Shown here: in pieces, positions 48,930 through 59,316 of the stretch | Position numbering within the stretch: position 1 is the first letter of the stretch | Layout: every line of letters begins with the position of its first letter | Assembly: GCA_003528115.1 (NCBI GenBank) | Contig: DOGZ01000017.1 | Span: 8,795-72,794 of the forward strand | DNA: 64,000 nt | DNA from: Candidatus Omnitrophota bacterium | Lineage (GTDB): Bacteria; Omnitrophota; Gorgyraeia; Zapsychrales; Zapsychraceae | Direction: 5' to 3' | Notes under the pieces: model-generated | Told to the model about the DNA's origin: nothing | Databases searched by the model: none | Seen by the model: the letters and a program-made list of their open reading frames with translations, nothing else | Made by a program: the position numbers and the translations under genes

Positions 48930-48954
48930 ATTGTACAGGAGCTTTGCTACGATC

Positions 48955-49758
48955 ATGAAACAACTGGGACTTATTGCTGGTAACGGGAGGTTTCCTTTCC
49001 TTTTTGCTCAAAAGGCGAGGTCGCAGAATGTCAAAGTTATCGCGGCCGCTGTCAGAGGAGACACCTCGTTCTTCCTCAGATTCGCCGTTGATAAAATAGT
49101 TTGGTTTAAAGTGGGGGAATTGCAAAATCTCTTTTCTTTCTTCAGAGAAAACGGTGTTAAAGACGTCATCATGGCTGGACAAGTCAATCCGGATAATCTT
49201 TTTGATAAGAACGTCCAGTTGGATGAACAATGGCAACGGCTCTTTAACGCGCTTAAGGATAGAAAAACAGACACGATTTTTTCAGCCGTCGCTGACCGGT
49301 TAAAGGCGGAAGGAATGGGTCTTGTTGATTCGACTTTCTTATTGCAGGAGTATTTGGCGCCGAAAGGCACTTTAACTAAACGCGGACCGACGTTGGGTGA
49401 ATTGGCTGATATTGATTTTGGAAAAGAGATCGCCAAACTCATGGGAGGGCTTGATGTCGGTCAGACGGTCGTGGTCAAAGATAGGGCGATCGTGGCGATT
49501 GAGGCGATGGAGGGGACGGACCGCGCCATCGCGCGCGGCGGCGCTATTGCCCAATCGGGAGCCGTGGTGGTCAAGATGAGTAAACCTAATCAGGATTTGC
49601 GGTTTGATGTCCCTGTCATCGGCCCGCGGACCATACAAACAATGCGCAGAAGTCGGGCCCATTGTCTTGCCGTTGAAGCGGGGAAAACATTGATGATTGA
49701 CCTAGAGAAGTGTTTGAAATTGGCCAACAAATCCAACATCTGTATTGTCGCGGCCTAA
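48955..49758 (+). CDS. lpxI: UDP-2,3-diacylglucosamine hydrolase LpxI
   Basis: LGLIAGNGRFP, LDVGQTVVV, EAMEGTD, KPNQDLRFDVPVIG. Confidence 0.94.
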   Translation: MKQLGLIAGNGRFPFLFAQKARSQNVKVIAAAVRGDTSFFLRFAVDKIVWFKVGELQNLFSFFRENGVKDVIMAGQVNPDNLFDKNVQLDEQWQRLFNALKDRKTDTIFSAVADRLKAEGMGLVDSTFLLQEYLAPKGTLTKRGPTLGELADIDFGKEIAKLMGGLDVGQTVVVKDRAIVAIEAMEGTDRAIARGGAIAQSGAVVVKMSKPNQDLRFDVPVIGPRTIQTMRRSRAHCLAVEAGKTLMIDLEKCLKLANKSNICIVAA

Positions 49759-49803
49759 GGTTGAGATAGATAATAAGCCCGTCGAATAATGACCAGCCAT
49801 TCA

Positions 49804-49832
49804 TTGACACCCCAAGATTTTTTTAATATAAT
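49804..49832 (+). promoter_or_regulatory. Consensus sigma70 promoter of lysS
   Basis: Exact TTGACA-17 nt-TATAAT. Confidence 0.85.
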
Positions 49833-49876
49833 GAGGCCTTCTTAATAATAAAATTAATATATAGAAAGTAGCTAAT

Positions 49877-51343
49877 ATGGACGTCGATGAAATTAAAAAG
49901 GTTAGACTGGAAAAGTTAGGACGCCTTCAAGCCATGGGTGGCTCTCCCTACGGGATGAAGTTTGAGACATCCGAGAGTATCTCCGCGGTCTTGAAGGGTT
50001 TTATGGAAGAGAAGAAAGTGGTTTTGGCGGGCCGTATTATGGCTAACCGAAAGCATGGCAAGGCCTTATTTATAGATTTACAAGATCAAACAGGCAAAAT
50101 TCAGCTTTATATAAAAGCGGATCTTTTACCGTCCGGGAAGTTTGCGGTTGTCGAAGAGCTCGATATCGGCGATATTGTTGGCGTAAAAGGGGGGCTCTTT
50201 ATAACCAAGACGGGACAGCAGAGTGTGCGGGTGGAAGATCTGCAAGTTCTCTCCAAGTCTTTAATGTGTTTGCCGGAAAAATGGCATGGGCTTAAAGATG
50301 TTGAGATAAGATACCGGCAGAGATATGTTGATTTAATTGCCAATGACGACGTCAAACAATTATTTATTAAACGAAGCAAAATGATTACTTATATTAGGTC
50401 TTTCCTTGACCGGCAGGGGTTTTTGGAAGTTGAAACCCCTATGCTCCAGCCCATGGCCGGTGGGGCGCGGGGACGGCCGTTTAAAAGTGTTCATAACGCG
50501 TATGACATGGAGGTGTTTCTGCGCATCGCTCCAGAATTATATTTAAAACGCCTGTTGGTCGGAGGCCTGGAGCGTGTATATGAACTCAACCGTAATTTCC
50601 GCAACGAAGGGATATCCACCCGTCATAATCCTGAATTTACTATGTTAGAGGTCTATCAGGCTTTTGGCGATTATCAGGACATGATGAAATTATCTGAAGA
50701 TTTGATCAGCGGCCTGGCCCAAGAAATGACGGGATCCTACAAGGTCATGTATCAGGGGAAGGAAATTGATTTCACGCCTCCTTGGGAACGCCGGTCATTT
50801 GCCCAGGTGATTAAAGAAAAATTTCATATTGATCCCGAGGATGACGCCGAGACGATGTTGGAAAAACTGAAAGAGAAAAAAGGGGATCGGGTTAAAATTG
50901 AACGTCTGACGCGTTCGGCCGTGATGAAAATTGTTGAGGAACTCCTTGAGGAAGATGAGATTATTCATCCTGTTTTCTTCACGGATTATTTTACTTTTCT
51001 CTGTCCGCTGGCCAAGACCTTGCCGGATAGACCGGCTATTTCCCAAAGGTTCGAACTTTTTGTGGCCGGAATGGAAGTCGGCAACGCGTATTCAGAGTTG
51101 AATGATCCGCAGGAACAGCGCCGAAGGCTGACAGAAGACTTGGATGACGATATCGAGACCGGCAACAGGACATTGGATGAAGATTTCATTCATGCCCTGG
51201 AATACGGCATGCCGCCCGCCGGAGGACTTGGGATTGGTATAGACAGGCTTGTCATGCTCTTAACGGATGCCCCCTCCATCCGGGACGTGATTTTGTTTCC
51301 GCTATTGAAACCGATACAGGCAGATGCGCCACCCCAACAATGA
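49877..51343 (+). CDS. lysS: Lysine-tRNA ligase, class II
   Basis: RYRQRYVDL, LRIAPELYLKRL, FRNEG, HNPEFT, YGMPPAGGLGIGIDR. Confidence 0.98.
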   Translation: MDVDEIKKVRLEKLGRLQAMGGSPYGMKFETSESISAVLKGFMEEKKVVLAGRIMANRKHGKALFIDLQDQTGKIQLYIKADLLPSGKFAVVEELDIGDIVGVKGGLFITKTGQQSVRVEDLQVLSKSLMCLPEKWHGLKDVEIRYRQRYVDLIANDDVKQLFIKRSKMITYIRSFLDRQGFLEVETPMLQPMAGGARGRPFKSVHNAYDMEVFLRIAPELYLKRLLVGGLERVYELNRNFRNEGISTRHNPEFTMLEVYQAFGDYQDMMKLSEDLISGLAQEMTGSYKVMYQGKEIDFTPPWERRSFAQVIKEKFHIDPEDDAETMLEKLKEKKGDRVKIERLTRSAVMKIVEELLEEDEIIHPVFFTDYFTFLCPLAKTLPDRPAISQRFELFVAGMEVGNAYSELNDPQEQRRRLTEDLDDDIETGNRTLDEDFIHALEYGMPPAGGLGIGIDRLVMLLTDAPSIRDVILFPLLKPIQADAPPQQ

Positions 51344-52533
51344 ACTACGAAAATTGGATTAGTTACCGTTATTTGATCGCGAGCAAAGGACGATTCCTTT
51401 CCTTTCTTAATTTCATTTCTATCGCCGGGGTGGCGATAGGGGTCATGGCCTTGATTGTAGTCACGGGGGTGATGACCGGTTTCGGCAATAACTTGCGGGA
51501 AAAAATCATCGGGACAACGCCGCATATCATGGTGGAGAAGGAAACAGGCATCCGTGATTATGAGGAAATTAAGAAACAAATAAGCGTGATTCATGGCGTC
51601 AAAGGCGTGTCTCCGTATATTCAGGGGAGTGTTTTTATTGAAAATAACGGACAAGCCATGGGCGTGGCGATACGGGGGATCGATCCTGAAACGGAAAATC
51701 AAGTCACAGAAGTTGATAAGTATTTAGTTCAGGGCAAGCTTAAGGACCTGGATGAGGAGCATGTTATTGTCGGGAGTGAATTGGCGCGATATTTTGGATA
51801 TAGTCTGGGCGATCCGATCACAATCATTTCACCAGGTTCAGGGATTGCCGGGCAGGGCTGGCGGTACGAATTGAAAATAGGAGGTGTTTTTAATACAGGG
51901 ATGGCCGACCTGGACATGAATTTGATTATCGTCCATCTACATAAAGCCCAGGGGATTTTTAATTTACCTAAAAATGTTTCGACAGGGATAGGTGTGAAAT
52001 TGTATAATCCGAACCGTGCTCGAGAAATGAAGGGTTCCTTTTATGATTTTATCGGGCGCGGATTCTTGGTGAGGACGTGGATTGATATCAATCGCAATCT
52101 TTTTGAAGCCCTTTTTCTTGAGAAATGGGGATTATTTATTATTTTGACACTCATGATCCTTGTGGCCGCTTTTAATATTGTCAGCACCCTGATCGTCTCA
52201 GTCGCAAGCAAGATCCATGATATAGGCATTTTACAGTCCATTGGAGTGACCAAGAAATCAATTCGGAGCATATTTACAAAGCAGGGACTTTTTATAGGTT
52301 TTTGCGGAACGTCCCTGGGGTTGGCGGGCGGCTGTATCATAAGTTATATATTAAAAACGTATGTGCGTGTCCCTCAGGAAATCTATTCTATTGATCATGT
52401 CCCTGTTGACTTACAATTATCCGATATGGGGATTATTGTTGTCTGCGCTATGCTGATCTGCTATTTGGCCACCATTTATCCAGCGGCCAAGGCCGCCAAA
52501 CTTCAGCCGGTTGAGGCCTTAAGATATGAATAA
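51340..52533 (+). CDS. lolE: Lipoprotein-releasing ABC permease (single LolC/E-type)
   Basis: GVAIGVMALIVV..VM.GF, VAAFNIVSTL, YPA..AA...PVEALRYE. Confidence 0.88.
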   Translation: MNYENWISYRYLIASKGRFLSFLNFISIAGVAIGVMALIVVTGVMTGFGNNLREKIIGTTPHIMVEKETGIRDYEEIKKQISVIHGVKGVSPYIQGSVFIENNGQAMGVAIRGIDPETENQVTEVDKYLVQGKLKDLDEEHVIVGSELARYFGYSLGDPITIISPGSGIAGQGWRYELKIGGVFNTGMADLDMNLIIVHLHKAQGIFNLPKNVSTGIGVKLYNPNRAREMKGSFYDFIGRGFLVRTWIDINRNLFEALFLEKWGLFIILTLMILVAAFNIVSTLIVSVASKIHDIGILQSIGVTKKSIRSIFTKQGLFIGFCGTSLGLAGGCIISYILKTYVRVPQEIYSIDHVPVDLQLSDMGIIVVCAMLICYLATIYPAAKAAKLQPVEALRYE

Positions 52534-52574
52534 AATTTTTTTGCGTTGTTCAAGCGGAAAAGGATGTATCGTCA

Positions 52575-53264
52575 GTGATTCTTGAGGCGGTTGATGTTCA
52601 TAAATCCTATTACAATCCTGAAAATACGCTGCATATTTTAAAAGGGATTGATTTGAGGGTCAAGGAAGGGGAGGTTGTCTCCATTGTAGGGCCATCCGGC
52701 GCGGGAAAGTCTACGTTGTTGCATATCATGGGCGGACTGGATCGTCCTAATAAAGGCAAGGTTGTTCTCGATGGAGATAATGTTTACAGCCTTAATGATG
52801 CCGACCGGGCCAGGATGAGAAATCAAAAGGTCGGATTTGTCTTTCAGTTTTATCATCTGCTTCCGGAATTTACGGCCTTGGAAAATGTTATTCTGCCGGC
52901 CTTGATTCAGCAAAATCAGGGAAAACGGAAAAGTTTCGAGACCCGGGGGTTGGAAATTTTAAAGGGTGTTGGTTTACAGAAAAGGGCGGAACACAAGCCG
53001 CATCAATTATCCGGTGGAGAGCAGCAGCGCGTGGCGATTGCCCGCGCCTTAATCAATGAGCCTAAGGTGATTTTTTGCGATGAGCCGACCGGAAATCTGG
53101 ATTCCGAGAGCGGAGAGGAAATTATCCGTTTATTGATGGAGTTAAATAAGAAGAATAAACAGACCCTTGTGATTGTCACGCATGATGAGGGTATCGCCGG
53201 GCTGTCGCATCGGAGAATTCAGATGCGCGACGGTAGGTTAACATCAGGGGGAGAGGCGTCATGA
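52575..53264 (+). CDS. lolD: Lipoprotein-releasing ABC ATPase
   Basis: GPSGAGKS, GFVFQFYHLLPEFTALENV, LSGGEQQR, DEPTGNLD. Confidence 0.92.
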   Translation: MILEAVDVHKSYYNPENTLHILKGIDLRVKEGEVVSIVGPSGAGKSTLLHIMGGLDRPNKGKVVLDGDNVYSLNDADRARMRNQKVGFVFQFYHLLPEFTALENVILPALIQQNQGKRKSFETRGLEILKGVGLQKRAEHKPHQLSGGEQQRVAIARALINEPKVIFCDEPTGNLDSESGEEIIRLLMELNKKNKQTLVIVTHDEGIAGLSHRRIQMRDGRLTSGGEAS

Positions 53265-54124
53265 AAATTTACTTGAACGGCGAATTTGTCGATAAAAAAG
53301 ATGCCAAAGTCTCGGTGTTTGATCATGGGTTTCTTTACGGTGATGGGGCGTTTGAGGGCATAAGATCTTATGACAGGCTTGTTTTTAAACTCCAAGAACA
53401 CATCGACCGGCTTTATGAAACGATGCACACGCTCATGATAACGGTGGACCTGGACAAAAAACAAATGATGAAAGTGGTCGTGAACACCCTCAAGAAAAAT
53501 AATCTCCGGGACGCGTACATCCGGGTGATTGTCACACGGGGGGAAGGGGATTTGGGTTTAGATCCCAAGAAATGTTACGGGAAGGCGAGCGTTATTGTCA
53601 TCGCCGATAAAATTACTCTTTATCCGGAGGAATTGTATAAAAAGGGGATGGAGATTATCACGGTGCCAACGGTGAGAAATTGTCCCGAGGCCTTGAATCC
53701 TCAACTGAAATCCTTGAATTATCTGAATAATATCCTGGCCAAGATTGAGGCGAACAATTCCGGTTATTGTGAAGCGATCATGTTGGATCATTTAGGGTAT
53801 GTGGCCGAATGCACGGGCGATAATATTTTTATTGTGAAGCATAATATTCTTTCAACACCCAGCCAGGGGCGATTGCGGGGTATTACAAGGGAGACCGTAT
53901 TGGAGTTGGCCGTTCAATGCAAGATTGAGACCAGAGAAACATTGATGACCCGTCATGAAGTTTATATAGCAGATGAGTGCTTTCTCACAGGTACCGCCGC
54001 GGAAATTATTCCGGTGGTTAAGGTCGACGGACGGACGATCGGCAGCGGCCAACCGGGGCCGGTGACCAACAAGATTATGAAGATGTTTAAGATGGTCACA
54101 AGACAAGACGGCGAGAAGTATTGA
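53261..54124 (+). CDS. ilvE: Branched-chain amino acid aminotransferase
   Basis: DHGFLYGDGAFEGIR, KSLNYLNN, GITR, FLTGTAAE. Confidence 0.94.
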   Translation: MKIYLNGEFVDKKDAKVSVFDHGFLYGDGAFEGIRSYDRLVFKLQEHIDRLYETMHTLMITVDLDKKQMMKVVVNTLKKNNLRDAYIRVIVTRGEGDLGLDPKKCYGKASVIVIADKITLYPEELYKKGMEIITVPTVRNCPEALNPQLKSLNYLNNILAKIEANNSGYCEAIMLDHLGYVAECTGDNIFIVKHNILSTPSQGRLRGITRETVLELAVQCKIETRETLMTRHEVYIADECFLTGTAAEIIPVVKVDGRTIGSGQPGPVTNKIMKMFKMVTRQDGEKY

Positions 54125-54189
54125 CGGCGCAGTAGGGAATAGGAAGGGTCAAGGATAAAGGAAAAGGTTGATTGAATAAAGGAAATACC

Positions 54190-54690
54190 ATGCTGTGTGA
54201 TATCTGTGGTAAAAAGAAGGCAACCGTTCATTTGACGGAAATCGTCGATGAGCAGATGTCTGAAATGCATTTGTGTGAAGAGTGCGCCCGAGAAAAAAGC
54301 GTGCAAATGGAACAGCAGTTCGGCCTGGCGGATTTACTCGCCGGGTTGTCGGATTTCGGCAAACAGGTTAAGAATGTGCCGAAAGTCAACATTAAATGCT
54401 CCAACTGCGGGTTGAATTATGATGATTTCCGGAAGTTCGGCCGGTTGGGATGCAGTCTGTGTTATGAGTCTTTTAAAGCGCATTTAGCGTCGCTGTTAAA
54501 GAAAATCCACGGTTCAGATCGTCATGTGGGCAAGACACCTGTGAAAATCCCCCACGCCGAGAGAATGAAAATGGATGACTTGCAAGAATTGAAGAACCAG
54601 TTGCAGCATGCCATCCAGGTGGAAGACTTTGAGTTGGCGGCGCGGTTACGCGACCAAATCCGTGAATTAGAAAAGAAAGAAGAGCAATAA
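54190..54690 (+). CDS. mcsA: Arginine kinase activator McsA
   Basis: Four CxxC motifs, GRLGC, and UvrB/C motif EDFELAARLRD. Confidence 0.93.
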   Translation: MLCDICGKKKATVHLTEIVDEQMSEMHLCEECAREKSVQMEQQFGLADLLAGLSDFGKQVKNVPKVNIKCSNCGLNYDDFRKFGRLGCSLCYESFKAHLASLLKKIHGSDRHVGKTPVKIPHAERMKMDDLQELKNQLQHAIQVEDFELAARLRDQIRELEKKEEQ

Positions 54691-54733
54691 ATTCTATTTG
54701 TTGTGGGAATGTCGATAGACGCAGGAGAGAAGG

Positions 54734-55786
54734 ATGACCATAGATGATTTTATTAAAAATACGGGGCAGTGGTTAAAAGGGACGGGCGAGCATTCCAATA
54801 TCGTTATGTCGTCCCGTGTGCGGTTGGCGCGTAATTTAGCGAAGAGGCCGTTTCCCAATAAGGCCCGAAAAAAAGATCTGGAGGAAATTCTATCGACGGT
54901 CCATGAGACTGTCAATGAGATTGAGCATTTTAAAGATTCCATTTTCTTAAAAATCAGCGAACTGGATAATATCGATAAGCAATTTCTCATAGAACGGCAT
55001 CTGATGAGTCACGAGCATGCGGCCAACCCCGACGGCAAGGCCCTGGTGGTTTCCCCGGAAGAGGTATTGTCCGTGATGATCAACGAAGAAGATCACCTGC
55101 GGATTCAAGTCATGCAATCCGGATTTAATTTGGATGAGACCTGGAGAATCGCGGATTCTGTCGATGACGCTTTGTCGTCTAAGTTGGACTTCGCTTATTC
55201 CATCCAGTGGGGGTATTTGACGGCCTGTCCGACAAATACAGGCACCGCGATGCGCGGTTCCGTGATGCTTCATTTGCCGGCATTAGTGACGACCAAACAG
55301 ATTAATAAAGTGTTGGCGGCTATTTCCAAATTAAATTTTGCATCGCGCGGTTTTTACGGCGAAGGAACGCAGGCCAGCGGGAATTTTTATCAAATATCCA
55401 ATCAGGTCTCGATGGGGCACAGTGAGCAGGAGGTTATTCAAAATATCAATGGCCTGATTCGACAGGTCATTGAACAGGAAGAACAGGCCCGCCAGGCGCT
55501 GCTCCTCCAGAATAAACCCATGTTAGAAGATAAAATTTTCCGGTCCTGCGGCCTTTTAAGAAACGCGCACATCATTTCAAGTCAGGAAACCGTCGAATTA
55601 TTATCCATGGTCCGTCTGGGCGTTGATTTGGGCATTATTAAGGACGTGGATCGAAAGACGATTAATGAACTGTTCATCATGATTCAACCCGCGCATTTGC
55701 AGAAAATTGAAGGAAAGAAATTAACCGCCACGGAACGAGACACGAAAAGAGCGGCGTTGATTCGGCAGAAAATTGACGGGGGATAA
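54734..55786 (+). CDS. mcsB: Protein arginine kinase McsB
   Basis: SSRVRLARN, NEEDH, GYLTACPTNTGT, RGFYGEG, QISNQ. Confidence 0.96.
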   Translation: MTIDDFIKNTGQWLKGTGEHSNIVMSSRVRLARNLAKRPFPNKARKKDLEEILSTVHETVNEIEHFKDSIFLKISELDNIDKQFLIERHLMSHEHAANPDGKALVVSPEEVLSVMINEEDHLRIQVMQSGFNLDETWRIADSVDDALSSKLDFAYSIQWGYLTACPTNTGTAMRGSVMLHLPALVTTKQINKVLAAISKLNFASRGFYGEGTQASGNFYQISNQVSMGHSEQEVIQNINGLIRQVIEQEEQARQALLLQNKPMLEDKIFRSCGLLRNAHIISSQETVELLSMVRLGVDLGIIKDVDRKTINELFIMIQPAHLQKIEGKKLTATERDTKRAALIRQKIDGG

Positions 55787-55895
55787 TGTCTCGAGAATTA
55801 TCGGCTTTTATCAAACGTACCCGTTATAAAACTTACGCTTCACATTTATCATATTTTCATTATTTTGGAGCGGTTCAACGAGGAGGTCATCGGAT

Positions 55896-58319
55896 ATGTT
55901 CAATAGATTCACGGAAAGAGCGAGAAAAGTGATTGTTTATGCCAAAGAGGAAGCCAGACGTTTTAATCACGATTACATTGGGACGGAGCATCTGCTCTTA
56001 GGATTGGTGCGTGAGGGCGAAGGGGTCGCGGCGGCCGTCCTTCAAAAGCTCGGGCTGGATTTAGAAATGATTAGAATAGAAGTCGAGAAACTGGTTCAAC
56101 CCGGTCCTCAGACGCAGGTGCTCGGCGATATTCCTTTTACCCCGCGTTCTAAGAAAGCCCTGGAACTTTCCGCCGAGGAAGCGCGCGCCTTGGGACATAA
56201 TTATATCGGCACTGAGCATCTTCTTTTGGGATTGGTGAAAGAAGGGGAAGGAATGGCTTATCGGGTTTTGCTGAATCTGGGTCTGGATTTGGGAAAACTC
56301 CGTAATGAGGTGATGGAACTGCTGGGTTCCGGGATTCCCGGTTTCGGGGCGCAAGAGCCGGCGGCGAGGACGGATAAAACTCCGGCGATTGATGCCTATG
56401 GCCGTAATCTCAATAAATTGGCCAAAGAAGGCAAGTTGGACCCTGTGATCGGCAGGGAAGCGGAGATTGAACGCATTCTGCAGATATTAAGCCGCAGGAC
56501 GAAGAACAATCCTGTTTTACTTGGAGAGGCGGGCGTCGGGAAAACAGCGATTGTCGAAGGACTGGCCCAGATGATCGTCAAAGGGGATGTCCCGGAAATC
56601 TTAAGGGATAAATCGATCATTGTCCTGGATTTGGCTTTAATGATTTCGGGGACAAAATACCGCGGGCAGTTTGAGGAACGCATCAAGGCCATCATGGATG
56701 AGATCAAACGGTCCGGTAAAATTATTTTATTTATAGACGAGCTTCATACCCTCGTGGGAGCGGGAGCGGCGGAAGGCGCCATTGACGCGGCTAATATTTT
56801 AAAACCCGCCCTGGCGCGCGGCGAGATCCAATGTGTCGGCGCCACCACGCTGGATGAATATCGCAAACATATCGAAAAAGACGCCGCCCTGGAAAGACGG
56901 TTTCAGACCATTATGGTGGAACCGCCTTCGCCGGAGCAGGCTATTCAAATTTTAAACGGCCTGCGAGATAAATATGAGGCCCATCATCGGGTCAAGTTTT
57001 CCGATGAGTCTTTGGAGGCCGCGGTGCGGCTTTCCGATCGGTATATTTCTGGACGGGCATTGCCGGATAAGGCGGTGGATGTCCTGGATGAGGCCGGCTC
57101 CCGCGTCAGGCTCAAAGCCATGGTCACCCCGCCGAATTTAAAGGAATTGGAAGATCAAATAGAAAATTTAAGAGAAGAGAAGGAAGATCACATCAAAAGT
57201 CAGGATTTTGAGAAGGCCGCTAAAATGCGGGACCTGGAAAGAGAGAAACGCAACGAATTGGAAAGCTTGAAACGCAAGTGGACGCAGGAAAGAGACAGCG
57301 CGACGTTGATTATAGGGTATGAGGACATTGCTAAAGTCGTTTCCCAGTGGACCAAAATACCCCTGGTGCGTTTAGGCCAGAAGGAGAGCGAACGACTTCT
57401 GAAGATGGAAGAGCACATGAGGAAGGTCGTCGTCGGACAAGAGGAGGCCAGCAGCGCTATCGCGCGGGCTGTCCGACGGTCAAGGGCCGGAATCAAGAAT
57501 CCGCGCCGGCCGATCGGGTCGTTCATTTTTCTGGGGCCGACCGGCGTTGGAAAAACGTTATTGGCCCAGGCCCTCGCTGAATTCATGTTCGGCGACAAGG
57601 ATTCGCTCATTCAAATTGATATGTCCGAGTATATGGATAAATTTAATGTCTCCCGTTTGATCGGAGCTCCGCCGGGATATGTCGGCTATGAAGAAGGCGG
57701 CCAGTTGACGGAAAAAGTTAGGCGCAGGCCTTATTCGGTGATCTTACTGGATGAAATTGAGAAAGCCCACGCGGATATTTTTAATCTGCTGTTACAAGTT
57801 TTTGAAGAAGGACGGCTGACGGATAGTTTGGGGCGGAAGGTGGATTTTAGAAATACGATTATTCTGATGACATCGAATGTCGGGGCGGACATGCTCCGGA
57901 AACAGGGTTCGTTGGGTTTTGCCTCTCCCAAAGAGGAAACGACCTATGAAGAAATGAAAGTCCGTCTTCTGGATGAAGTGAAAAAGACGTTTAAGCCGGA
58001 GTTTTTAAATCGTATTGACGATATTATCGTCTTTAAGTCTTTGACGCGCGAGAGCCTCTACGAGATCGTTAAGCTCGAGATCAAGGAGGTTTCCGACCGC
58101 ATGAAAGATAAGGGTATCAGTATTGAACTTTCTCAAGAGGCCTTTGCTTTGCTTATTGAGAAGGGTTTTGATCCTGTTTACGGGGCAAGACCCATCAAAA
58201 GAACGATTCAGCGTCTTCTGGAAGATCCGTTGGCTGAGAATATCATCTCCGGACAATTTAAAGACGGGAGCAAGGTCAGGGTTGAGCGAGAAGCGGAAAC
58301 GTTGATTTTTAAAGAATGA
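55896..58319 (+). CDS. clpC: ClpC AAA+ chaperone
   Basis: [11 protein letters not shown]-domain, GEAGVGKT, short M-domain (QDFEKAA), [11 protein letters not shown] ClpP-binding loop. Confidence 0.97.
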   Translation: MFNRFTERARKVIVYAKEEARRFNHDYIGTEHLLLGLVREGEGVAAAVLQKLGLDLEMIRIEVEKLVQPGPQTQVLGDIPFTPRSKKALELSAEEARALGHNYIGTEHLLLGLVKEGEGMAYRVLLNLGLDLGKLRNEVMELLGSGIPGFGAQEPAARTDKTPAIDAYGRNLNKLAKEGKLDPVIGREAEIERILQILSRRTKNNPVLLGEAGVGKTAIVEGLAQMIVKGDVPEILRDKSIIVLDLALMISGTKYRGQFEERIKAIMDEIKRSGKIILFIDELHTLVGAGAAEGAIDAANILKPALARGEIQCVGATTLDEYRKHIEKDAALERRFQTIMVEPPSPEQAIQILNGLRDKYEAHHRVKFSDESLEAAVRLSDRYISGRALPDKAVDVLDEAGSRVRLKAMVTPPNLKELEDQIENLREEKEDHIKSQDFEKAAKMRDLEREKRNELESLKRKWTQERDSATLIIGYEDIAKVVSQWTKIPLVRLGQKESERLLKMEEHMRKVVVGQEEASSAIARAVRRSRAGIKNPRRPIGSFIFLGPTGVGKTLLAQALAEFMFGDKDSLIQIDMSEYMDKFNVSRLIGAPPGYVGYEEGGQLTEKVRRRPYSVILLDEIEKAHADIFNLLLQVFEEGRLTDSLGRKVDFRNTIILMTSNVGADMLRKQGSLGFASPKEETTYEEMKVRLLDEVKKTFKPEFLNRIDDIIVFKSLTRESLYEIVKLEIKEVSDRMKDKGISIELSQEAFALLIEKGFDPVYGARPIKRTIQRLLEDPLAENIISGQFKDGSKVRVEREAETLIFKE

Positions 58320-59290
58320 GAGACAAATTATTTCTGGGTGTATGTATTTTCACTCTCATGTTTGCCACAACTTCTTATGCCGAGAAGTTTTTGGCTTTTC
58401 AAGGTCAGATCGATTTCTCCAAACATCAATCCGACTTTGTTTTTGATTTAAAGAAACACGGCTTTTTAAGAATCAACGTCGATAAGACCGCGGAGGCTTC
58501 CTATCGTCTTTTGTTAAAGATCGAGCACCTTAAGACGCCTTTCTTTGATTTGTCGAGTGAGATTGAAGGTTTGGTTGATGTGGTCGGATCTGATGAGCAA
58601 GCAGACGGATCGCTCTATGGAAAGATTAGTAGTCACTACACCCTTATCGACTATAAACCCATTCGTGAATTTTCCGGCCGAGTTGAGATCAAAAACAAAA
58701 CATTGTATTTGAACCCTTTGACATTTGGGAATACGGTTTGCCGGGCCGAGGTGAGTTTGTCCCCGCCGTATAAGCTGGACTTGGTTATGGATTTGGCTTC
58801 GATGGACATGGATGACTTTCTGAATTTCTGGGTAAGAAATAAAGCGTACAATGCCTCAGGCGCCGTCGCCGGCCGCATTAAGATCTCGGGAACGTTGGAT
58901 CGATTGATGCTCGCCGGGAATTTAGAGAGTCATAACGGTTTTATCAAGAATTTCCAGTATGACAGCATTTATTTGAACATAGAAGGGACTTATCCGAATA
59001 TGCAAATTACGGATTCTTCCGTTTCTGAAACGGATGGGCTGAGTTTTATGATCGAGGGGCCGATTGACTTAAGCGATCAGGAAAATTTTAAGAACCAGAT
59101 CAAGGCCTTAACGCTCTCTCCGCTTGTCCGCGAATCCGAATCTCAATCGGAGTGGACGATTAAACGTATTGAAGAGGAAAATTTTGGAACAACGGAAATC
59201 AAATATCTTAAACGAAAAAGTCAAAACCCGGGATCCCAAGATAAAGAAGAATCGGATATGTTAGGTATCCAGAGGACCCTGGAGTTTTGA
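58316..59290 (+). CDS. Exported beta-rich hypothetical protein, AsmA/TamB-like
   Basis: Signal peptide (SYA-E), alternating amphipathic strands ([23 protein letters not shown]), C-terminus LGIQRTLEF; ATGA overlap with clpC. Confidence 0.55.
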   Translation: MRDKLFLGVCIFTLMFATTSYAEKFLAFQGQIDFSKHQSDFVFDLKKHGFLRINVDKTAEASYRLLLKIEHLKTPFFDLSSEIEGLVDVVGSDEQADGSLYGKISSHYTLIDYKPIREFSGRVEIKNKTLYLNPLTFGNTVCRAEVSLSPPYKLDLVMDLASMDMDDFLNFWVRNKAYNASGAVAGRIKISGTLDRLMLAGNLESHNGFIKNFQYDSIYLNIEGTYPNMQITDSSVSETDGLSFMIEGPIDLSDQENFKNQIKALTLSPLVRESESQSEWTIKRIEEENFGTTEIKYLKRKSQNPGSQDKEESDMLGIQRTLEF

Positions 59291-59316
59291 CGGCGGGTAT
59301 TGTTATTGGCCGGTGT

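Noticed and set aside
54140-54175. GGTCAAG before mcsA (and GGTCAAGTCA near 48705) as a CtsR operator
   Set aside because: Only a single imperfect half-site; there is no tandem heptad.
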